Shown here: positions 8,076-13,926 of the stretch, piece by piece
Numbering within the stretch: the stretch's first letter is position 1
How the letters are laid out: each line of letters begins with the position of its first letter
DNA from: an uncultured Chloroflexia bacterium
GTDB lineage: Bacteria; Chloroflexota; Ktedonobacteria; Ktedonobacterales; JADMIN01
Assembly (NCBI GenBank): GCA_963718915.1
Contig: CAVRAI010000015.1
Span: 600,001-632,000, forward strand
Reading direction: 5' to 3'
DNA length: 32,000 bases
Position numbers and translations under genes: made by a program
The notes under the pieces: generated by a model
What the model was told of the DNA's origin: nothing
Databases searched by the model: none
Seen by the model: the letters and a program-made list of their open reading frames with translations, nothing else

Positions 8076-8232
8076 TGGCGGCTGAAGCCGCAGCTAAGGG
8101 CAGCCCGTGGGCTGCCGCAAAGGCCGCCTGCGCGGCCTCCAGACCGAGCGCACATTCTCGCCCTCTGGAGCCTGCGCAAGCAGGCTTCGCGGATGCGCGG
8201 GAGCGCATCCCTTAGGCGCGACTTTAGTCGCC
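8076..8232. repeat. Array of seven consecutive short GC-rich stem-loops (REP-like element)
   Basis: The hairpins are:
- 8078-8091: gcggc-tgaa-gccgc
- 8099-8116: ggcagcc-cgtg-ggctgcc
- 8121-8138: aggccgc-ctgc-gcggcct
- 8137-8170: ctccaga...tctggag
- 8170-8185: gcctgc-gcaa-gcaggc
- 8191-8210: ggatgcgc-ggga-gcgcatcc
- 8218-8231: gcgac-ttta-gtcgc
The 16-mer tggcggctgaagccgc (8076-8091) recurs at 30651-30666. Confidence 0.6.
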
Positions 8233-8264
8233 AGCCGTCTTCACGAGCGAAGGAGAGATAAGCG

Positions 8265-9269
8265 ATGAATAAGATCGAGCGGGTGGATGCGGCGCTGAAG
8301 GGCGCGGCGGTGGATCGCGTGCCGATCAGCTTCTGGGGCCACAGCTATCTGAAGGAGTGGAGCGCGGAGGAGCTGGCCGAGGCGATGCTGGCGAACTATC
8401 GCACCTACGATTGGGATTACATGAAGGTGAACCCGCGCGCCAGCTACCATGTGGAAGATTGGGGCGCGAAACTGGAACGCAGCCACGATCCCAACCACGG
8501 CCCGCGCTTCGTCGATTGGCCGGTGCGCGAGCCGGGCGACTGGCGGCGGCTGCGTCCGCTGGATCCGGATCGTGGCGTGCTGGGCGAGCAGCTTGCCGCG
8601 CTACGCCAGATTCGCGACGGGCTGGCGGGCGAGGCGTATTTCATGCAGACGGTCTTCTCGCCGCTCTCGGTCGCTAAATATCTGGCAGGCAACCAGCCCG
8701 GCCCAGTGCTGACCTCGATCCAGGATAATCCCGATGCGCTGCGGGCCGCGCTCGATGTCATCGCGGAGACGTTCGCCAACTATGTGCAGGCCACGCTTGA
8801 GGCGGGCGCGAGCGGCATCTTCTTCGCGACGACCGGCTGGGCCAGCAGCGACCTCCTCACCGAGGAGCAGTATCGCCGCTTCGGGCGCGAGTACGACCAG
8901 CGCGTGGTTGAGGTGTTCGCCGGGAAGGCGCCGTTCAACGTGCTGCACAACTGCGGCGAACATATCTACTTCGACCTATTGGCCGACTATCCCGTCGAGG
9001 CGATCAGTTGGGCGGCGACGCTGCCGGGCAATCCGTCGCTAGGCGAGGGCAAGGAGCGGACGACGCGCGCGGTGATGGGCGGCGTGAGCGAGAAGACGAC
9101 ACTGCCCAATGGCACACCAGAACAGGTGGACGAGGAGGTACGGGCGGCGATCAGGGAAACAGAGGGCCGCCGGGTGTTGGTCGCGCCGGGCTGCTCGATT
9201 CCGCCGCGCACTTCCGCCGCGAATCTGGAGGCCGCAACGGCCGCCGTCCGCGCCATGGGGGCACGGTAG
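8265..9269 (+). CDS. Uroporphyrinogen-decarboxylase (URO-D) family protein, MtaA/CmuA-like methyltransferase family
   Basis: 334-aa ORF with SD GAAGGAGAG upstream. The N-terminus MNKIERVDAALKGAAVDRVPISFWGH and the overall TIM-barrel-like composition are typical of the URO-D family (recognition by eye). Confidence 0.8.
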   Translation: MNKIERVDAALKGAAVDRVPISFWGHSYLKEWSAEELAEAMLANYRTYDWDYMKVNPRASYHVEDWGAKLERSHDPNHGPRFVDWPVREPGDWRRLRPLDPDRGVLGEQLAALRQIRDGLAGEAYFMQTVFSPLSVAKYLAGNQPGPVLTSIQDNPDALRAALDVIAETFANYVQATLEAGASGIFFATTGWASSDLLTEEQYRRFGREYDQRVVEVFAGKAPFNVLHNCGEHIYFDLLADYPVEAISWAATLPGNPSLGEGKERTTRAVMGGVSEKTTLPNGTPEQVDEEVRAAIRETEGRRVLVAPGCSIPPRTSAANLEAATAAVRAMGAR

Positions 9270-9284
9270 GTGATGGTGGCGAGA

Positions 9285-9330
9285 TGGGCGCGGGCGGTTA
9301 AAACCGCGCCTGAAGGGCCTTGCGGCCACA
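9285..9330. repeat. REP-like hairpin element in the 3-prime flank of the URO-D gene
   Basis: Contains ggcggttaaaaccgcgcctgaa (9293-9314), forming the gcggt-taaa-accgc hairpin. This is identical to the reverse complement of 26782-26803. It is followed by ggcc-ttgc-ggcc. Confidence 0.55.
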
Positions 9331-9638
9331 AAACTAACAGTCTCTATGCTTTATACGCCTATGGTGCCGTGGCAACTGTGCAGGTGACTTCAGGGTCGGT
9401 GAGGATCGACTGGTTCCGCTTACCACGCTGTACTTGGTCATGTAGGTTTGCTGCTGGGTCGAGCCGTCACTGTAGGTTCAGATGCAGTAGCGATACTGTA
9501 CGACCGTGGGCAGTGGCGTGGTGCCGATGCCAAAGCGGCTGTCCGTCGGTACAGGCGTGCTCCAATTGGTAACGGTGGCGCTGGCGCTCAGTGTTCGCGG
9601 AGACCCAACCCAAAGCGACGCTTAAACAATGGGCGCAC

Positions 9639-9667
9639 CAAAACCACTTGTTCCAAGCAGGTGGTTT
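9639..9667 (-). terminator. Stem-loop terminator candidate downstream of the 205-aa gene (could act bidirectionally)
   Basis: aaaaccac (9639-9646) pairs with gtggtttt (9660-9667), with inner ttg/caa pairing. T-runs flank it on both strands. It lies 52 nt beyond the stop at 9719. Confidence 0.45.
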
Positions 9668-9718
9668 TATTGTGTCTTTGACTCCGGCTACCTGACTTTT
9701 GTCGCCTATTCATCTGAA

Positions 9719-10336
9719 TCAATTGTTTGTACCAGGATTCCTCCAGATTGCCAGAAGCTGCTTCAACCGTTCAGCGGCTTCCTCATCTTGGGCTATTTGA
9801 AGCATTGCGAGGTCGAGTTCCATGCCGACGCGACGTCCCTCCGTGGCGCTTTGCTGGTCTTCGCGCATTTGTGAACCAATGAGTCGCTGAATGAGGAGCG
9901 TGAGGGGTTCGCCAATGGCTCGCTTGTAGTTGAAACCGATGAGCTGTAACACAGTTAGCATCTCGACGGAGAGTAATCGTGTCAGGATGTCGAGAGTCTC
10001 TTCAGCTTGTGCTTTTGATGCTTCGGTTGTCGGCATTTTGTCAACCAGATCTCTGAGGACAGGGATGACGCTATCGATGATGTACTTGATGTCCTTGTCC
10101 TGGAGCCGCTGCCCTATGAGTTCCTGTTCAAACGATTGGGCAATAGCGACCAGATCGTTTCTGTCTTTTACTAAGTCAGTGATGACCTGCTTGAGTTCAT
10201 TGACTGTCTGTTCATTTGCCCTTCCTTTGGTGATCGTCTCTACCTTGGTGTAGATACTCGCGGTCATGCTCGGGATCGCAAGCTCTGCGAGATGTGTTGC
10301 CATTGAAGCGAGGGCTGGATCGATGCCCATGCTCAT
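9719..10336 (-). CDS. Hypothetical all-helical cytoplasmic protein (205 aa), no recognisable family
   Basis: Clean ORF in a lower-G+C region with no competing frame, followed by a terminator-like hairpin. The composition is Leu/Glu/Gln/Ile-rich and helical, with no TM helix, signal peptide or catalytic motif that I recognise. Confidence 0.6.
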   Translation of the reverse strand: MSMGIDPALASMATHLAELAIPSMTASIYTKVETITKGRANEQTVNELKQVITDLVKDRNDLVAIAQSFEQELIGQRLQDKDIKYIIDSVIPVLRDLVDKMPTTEASKAQAEETLDILTRLLSVEMLTVLQLIGFNYKRAIGEPLTLLIQRLIGSQMREDQQSATEGRRVGMELDLAMLQIAQDEEAAERLKQLLAIWRNPGTNN

Positions 10337-10610
10337 GCTCTCGTCGCCTTTCTGCTTTGATCGGGGTTGTCGCGGGCCAGTCGCGTCGCGAGGTCGGTTG
10401 TATGGCTATTATCATCTCCTGAGTCGGCATGAGGTACTTCTCAACATCCCAACGTACTAGTCGCATGTGCCAAAAGTACCGGGGATTGCCGCGAAGACTG
10501 TGTGTAGAGACTTGCCGAATAGGCCGAATTTCGCAAATCTAGGTACCTAGAAGCGAGTTTAGGCATCGAACGCGGGTAATTGAGCATCTTTTGCGTTCTG
10601 GCCTGTGTTT

Positions 10611-10850
10611 TTAGCCCTCGACCAGGCGCTTGAGCCAGTAGTAGTACTCGAAATACGCGTTACCTGCATGACGAACCTGAGCGCTGTAAGCTTCCCATCC
10701 TTCCAGACCCAGGTGATTCAGCGCCTCAATATGTCTGATATCTCCTAAATCGTGATCGCCATCAGGCCCCGTAAAGCGCGTTTTGTTGTAACCGGACACC
10801 CCGGGCGAGGTATTATGCAGGTGAAAGAGCATCCCATATTCCCATTTCAT
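10611..10850 (-). CDS. DUF4177-like small protein (79 aa)
   Basis: It begins MKWEYGML and contains EALNHLGLEGWEAYS. Both resemble the DUF4177 pattern (MKWEYK...LNELGxEGWELV). Recognition is by eye only. Confidence 0.55.
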   Translation of the reverse strand: MKWEYGMLFHLHNTSPGVSGYNKTRFTGPDGDHDLGDIRHIEALNHLGLEGWEAYSAQVRHAGNAYFEYYYWLKRLVEG

Positions 10851-11048
10851 ACCATGCAGCCTTTCAATTCGATCCCGATGCTGGCCCCTATCAATGTCAA
10901 CGTTTGTTTCGTTCAGATGTCATGTTGTAGGCAAGAAGTCAGAACGGTACAGTTCTCAACACCCTTCACCAACTTGCCAAGTGAACCGTGATACCATTAA
11001 GAAATGCCAGCCGAGCAACTGGTCAAGGTGCATTTAAGGAGACGCGAT

Positions 11049-11213
11049 ATGATCCTAAGAGCCAAGAACGGCCAAATAACAGTAGCTATATCCAAGTATC
11101 ATTGCATGACTCCGCGACTGGAGTTGCACACATTGCCGGATAATCCGAAGATTCAATTCAACGTGACCGGCCAGAAGTCTCGAACCGTGCAATTCATGAA
11201 AGTTAGTGACTAG
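11049..11213 (+). CDS. Possible small protein (54 aa), unknown function
   Basis: The internal ATG of track ORF 11004-11213 is preceded by a strong SD AAGGAGA (11036-11042) at 6-nt spacing. There is no family recognition, and a hairpin aaggcg-cgttgt-cgcctt follows the stop. Confidence 0.3.
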   Translation: MILRAKNGQITVAISKYHCMTPRLELHTLPDNPKIQFNVTGQKSRTVQFMKVSD

Positions 11214-11628
11214 GCATCAAAAGGCGCGTTGTCGCCTTCAGGAACCGACCTAGAATCGTTTTTCGGACTTGAGTAGCTATATTGTTCAGCTGCGGCTTTT
11301 TCACAAAACTAGCCGTTGTAATTTGGCTCGTGTGCTTGGCGGCCAATGCTGCGGACATGACTCAAAAATGCGTGGCGAAGTTGGCCCATAGGCTGATTCC
11401 CTGGATGATGAGTGCGGGAACGTTATTCCCCTACAGCCGTGGCACGAAGGGAAGTGCAACCATCGTCAGAAACCACACCCAGGTCAGGGCGAAGTGAAAC
11501 CGACCCTGCGTCGCCGGATCATATTCGAGCTTGTGAATATCATGGCGAAGCAGCATGAAGAGTGGTGTTTGTTTGAGCGCCATCGGTTACGTGATATAGC
11601 CGTAAGAACCAGTTCTGATATGATGCTG

Positions 11629-11637
11629 TGCTATAGT
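11629..11637 (+). promoter_or_regulatory. Extended -10 promoter TGCTATAGT for the GNAT gene (would give a leaderless or near-leaderless mRNA)
   Basis: TGCTATAGT ends 7 nt before the ATG at 11645, and there is no SD between them. Confidence 0.35.
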
Positions 11638-11644
11638 GCCGGGT

Positions 11645-12220
11645 ATGGATACACATGAGTCGCATTCGCTCTGGCAGGGGAAGCTGATACGGCTGCGGGC
11701 CATCGAGCCGGGCGACTGGGAGACGTACTTCGCCTGGAACTTCGACGACGAACAAACACGCCCGCTCTACTTCATCCCTCCCCCGCAGTCACGCGAGGCG
11801 GTGCGGCGCTGGGCCGAGCAGGAGTCTACGCGGCCAATCGGCGATGATAACATCCGCTTCACGATTGCCCGCCTTGAAGATGACGCAGTGGTGGGCGACA
11901 TGGGCGTGCATGAGGCTGACCCACGTGTCGGCACATTCAGTTATGGCATCAACATCAAGCGCGAGGAGCAGCGTAAGGGCTACGCGAGCGAGGCTATTCG
12001 GCTGTTGCTCCGCTACTACTTCCAGGAACGCCGCTACCAGAAAGTGACCATCAAGGTCTACAGCTTCAACGAGGCGTCAATGCGTCTCCACGAAAGCCTG
12101 GGTTTCCAACTTGAGGGCCGCCTGCGCCGCACGGTCTATACCGACGGTGGTTTCCACGATGAAGTGATGTATGGAATGACCGTCGAGGAGTTCCGCGAGA
12201 AGCATCTGCCCAAAATGTGA
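11645..12220 (+). CDS. GNAT family N-acetyltransferase (RimJ/RimL-like)
   Basis: LRAIEPGDWETYFAWNFDDE at the N-terminus, and the acetyl-CoA-binding block QRKGYASEAIRLLLRYYFQERRYQKVTIKVYSFNEASMRLHESLGFQLEGRLR. The track ORF starts with GTG at 11636; the ATG at 11645 fits the promoter better. Confidence 0.85.
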   Translation: MDTHESHSLWQGKLIRLRAIEPGDWETYFAWNFDDEQTRPLYFIPPPQSREAVRRWAEQESTRPIGDDNIRFTIARLEDDAVVGDMGVHEADPRVGTFSYGINIKREEQRKGYASEAIRLLLRYYFQERRYQKVTIKVYSFNEASMRLHESLGFQLEGRLRRTVYTDGGFHDEVMYGMTVEEFREKHLPKM

Positions 12221-12418
12221 TGCTACAGCAGTGGAGATATCAGCGGAATACTGCGCCAGTTCGCGATTCGCTTCGATAATCAATTCGACCGCCTCTTTGA
12301 GGTTCTCGCGAGCCTCGTCGAGGGTAGCGCCCTGCGTATTCGCGCCTGGCAGTTCTTCGACGTAGCCCACCCACCAGTCGCCATCCTGCTCAAAGATGGC
12401 TGTGAATGTTGCGGTCAT
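12077..12418 (-). CDS. HicB-family (UPF0150) antitoxin-like protein, probably 3-prime truncated and read through into antisense GNAT sequence
   Basis: The N-terminal 60 aa, MTATFTAIFEQDGDWWVGYVEELPGANTQGATLDEARENLKEAVELIIEANRELA, are a typical HicB fold. A strong SD GAAGGAGAGAGGG lies upstream. The last roughly 48 codons overlap the convergent GNAT gene (12077-12220) and look non-homologous. Confidence 0.55.
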   Translation of the reverse strand: MTATFTAIFEQDGDWWVGYVEELPGANTQGATLDEARENLKEAVELIIEANRELAQYSADISTAVASHFGQMLLAELLDGHSIHHFIVETTVGIDRAAQAALKLETQAFVETH

Positions 12419-12487
12419 AGCGTCCGCCCTCTCTCCTTCTCATGAGAGTTGAGAGAATAGGAATAGACTTCGATGAAACCAAGGGCG

Positions 12488-12697
12488 CTAGTGAGCGACT
12501 GGCTCTGCCTGTGGCTCTGGGATTGGCTGCCCACGTTCACGTGCGGTCTCAATCCACAGAGCGATGACTTCCTGCGCCATCGCAACCGCAGCTTCCGGCG
12601 TTTCGCCATCGGCCATCGCCCCGGGAAGGTCTGGTATATCGACAATCCATGCCTGATCTGGCTCGCTCCAATACAGGTACATCCGGTATTTATACAA
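12488..12697 (-). CDS. hicB: HicB-family antitoxin
   Basis: 69 aa: YLYWSEPDQAWIVDIPDLPGAMADGETPEAAVAMAQEVIALWIETARERGQPIPEP. The TTG start has SD AGGTGAGG 4 nt upstream, immediately after the hicA stop. Confidence 0.8.
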   Translation of the reverse strand: MYKYRMYLYWSEPDQAWIVDIPDLPGAMADGETPEAAVAMAQEVIALWIETARERGQPIPEPQAEPVAH

Positions 12698-12711
12698 GGC
12701 GCCTCACCTTT

Positions 12712-12960
12712 CTAGCGGCCATACGTTTGCAGCAATTCACGAATCTGCTTGACTTGATAGGGTTTCGCTTTCCCGCTCTTGCCGGGCTGAATGTTGATAT
12801 TCTCCGGGCGGCCAGTGTGAACAAAGATATGATGCGAGCCGTGTTGTCGCCACGCTTGATACCCTACATGCGGCAACATAGCGCATAGCTCTTGAAAGTC
12901 TATGTTCGCGTCTGCCCGTCCACTCATAACCCGCCGTAAGGTCTTTTCCCACTGCGCCAC
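12712..12960 (-). CDS. hicA: HicA-family mRNA interferase toxin
   Basis: 82 aa with WRQHGSHHIFVH and KPYQVKQIRELL, typical of HicA/YcfA. It has a GTG start with a GAGGAG SD, and the toxin-first gene order is typical of hicAB. Confidence 0.8.
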   Translation of the reverse strand: MAQWEKTLRRVMSGRADANIDFQELCAMLPHVGYQAWRQHGSHHIFVHTGRPENINIQPGKSGKAKPYQVKQIRELLQTYGR

Positions 12961-13001
12961 CTACGTCTCACTCCTCGCCTTCAGTATATCGCGAATCGCG
13001 C

Positions 13002-13895
13002 TCACTTGGCGTCGCTGGCGCGAAACGCTCGCCAGTCTCGGCGCACGGTATTTTCTAATTCCGCCGGGTACTCGAAGCCATAGCGCTCGGCCAGACGCCG
13101 CCCCAGCAGTGAGACAGTCTCCTGGTAGCGCTCAATCGCGTCGCAAATCTCCTCGCGGGTTTGCGTCGGCGCGCCACATAGGGTCAGTGGCTCGGCCCCG
13201 TTGACCGACTCAACGGCATGCACCAGTTCGGTGAGGCCATGGATACCGGAGAAGTGGTATGAGCTGGCATCGCAGCCGGTCGCATCGATGTACCACATGC
13301 GCATCAGCATATGCCAGTTCGCGTAGCTCGCGGCCGGGAACATGAGATCAAGCCCGCGATGCAACACCTTGCGATGCTTGTGGCTGTTGACCCAGAAGGC
13401 CACGACCAGTTCGCGCACGGCATCGCTGGTCACAGGCGTATGCACGGCCTCTGGCGCTTGATTGCTGACGTTAAGCCGCTCGGCGAGTGTGTCATCGCGA
13501 CATCCAAGAATCAGCACAGGCTCGTTGCCGGGCGCGGTCTCGCTACTCTGCACCAGCAGATCGAGAATATCGCCGCTCTGCAGAATCATGTGATGGATGA
13601 ACGCGCCATCTCCAAGCTTCACCAATTGCCTGGCCAGCGCTGGCCCATCGAGTATGGTGTGGAGGTCTGAGGTTTCCCAATCGGGTAGGTCGTCGGGCGA
13701 GACGGCAACGCGAAGATCGATGTCACTGTAGGGATCGCCCGTGCCAGCGGCGAGGCTGCCGCCAAGCCAGATCGCCACAACCTGTTTGTTCTCCCAGAGC
13801 CTGGGCGCGAGCATGCGAATCGCCTGCGACTGGGCAAGTGGCGGGAGATCATCCAGGCGCAGTTCAGCATGTGATTGTTCAGGCACGCCACTCAT
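13002..13895 (-). CDS. Pol-beta-superfamily nucleotidyltransferase with a helical C-terminal domain (ANT/KNTase-like architecture)
   Basis: NTase signature VVAIWLGGSLAAGTGDPYSDIDLRVAV. The track ORF extends to 13982 and overlaps the upstream gene by 56 nt; the internal ATG at 13895 (MSGVPEQ) removes the overlap. Confidence 0.7.
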   Translation of the reverse strand: MSGVPEQSHAELRLDDLPPLAQSQAIRMLAPRLWENKQVVAIWLGGSLAAGTGDPYSDIDLRVAVSPDDLPDWETSDLHTILDGPALARQLVKLGDGAFIHHMILQSGDILDLLVQSSETAPGNEPVLILGCRDDTLAERLNVSNQAPEAVHTPVTSDAVRELVVAFWVNSHKHRKVLHRGLDLMFPAASYANWHMLMRMWYIDATGCDASSYHFSGIHGLTELVHAVESVNGAEPLTLCGAPTQTREEICDAIERYQETVSLLGRRLAERYGFEYPAELENTVRRDWRAFRASDAK

Positions 13896-13926
13896 CGACG
13901 CAATTGTCCCTTCCTGGCTCCGAACT

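Larger units (their letters stand above)
9320..12960. other. Lower-G+C accessory patch (no mobility genes seen)
   Basis: By eye the base composition drops markedly relative to the flanks. The patch contains orphan or unknown genes, a TA module, a truncated antitoxin and non-coding gaps with decayed reading frames. Confidence 0.5.

Noticed and set aside
8076-8232. Possible CRISPR array, or a cobalamin riboswitch upstream of the URO-D/MtaA-like gene
   Set aside because: The hairpin units all differ in sequence and there is no repeat-spacer periodicity, so it is not a CRISPR array. No B12-box-like core was recognisable, so it is not a cobalamin riboswitch. I treat it as a REP-like hairpin array instead.
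9340-9625. Possible decayed gene on the minus strand (fragments such as LSASATVTNWSTPVPTDSRFGIGTTPLPTVVQYRYCI and SILTDPEVTCTVATAP in different frames)
   Set aside because: There is no start codon, the fragments lie in three different frames, none exceeds about 45 codons, and I recognise no family. The evidence is insufficient to annotate a pseudogene, although BLASTX could revisit this.
10212-10466. 84-aa minus-strand ORF overlapping the start of the 205-aa gene
   Set aside because: It has a highly basic, His/Arg-rich composition, no SD, and overlaps the better-supported ORF in another frame.
12415-12715. ORFs 12415-12645 (-) and 12473-12715 (+) overlapping hicB
   Set aside because: They are alternative or antisense frames without motifs. 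The 12488-12697 frame has the clear HicB fold sequence and an SD coupled to hicA.
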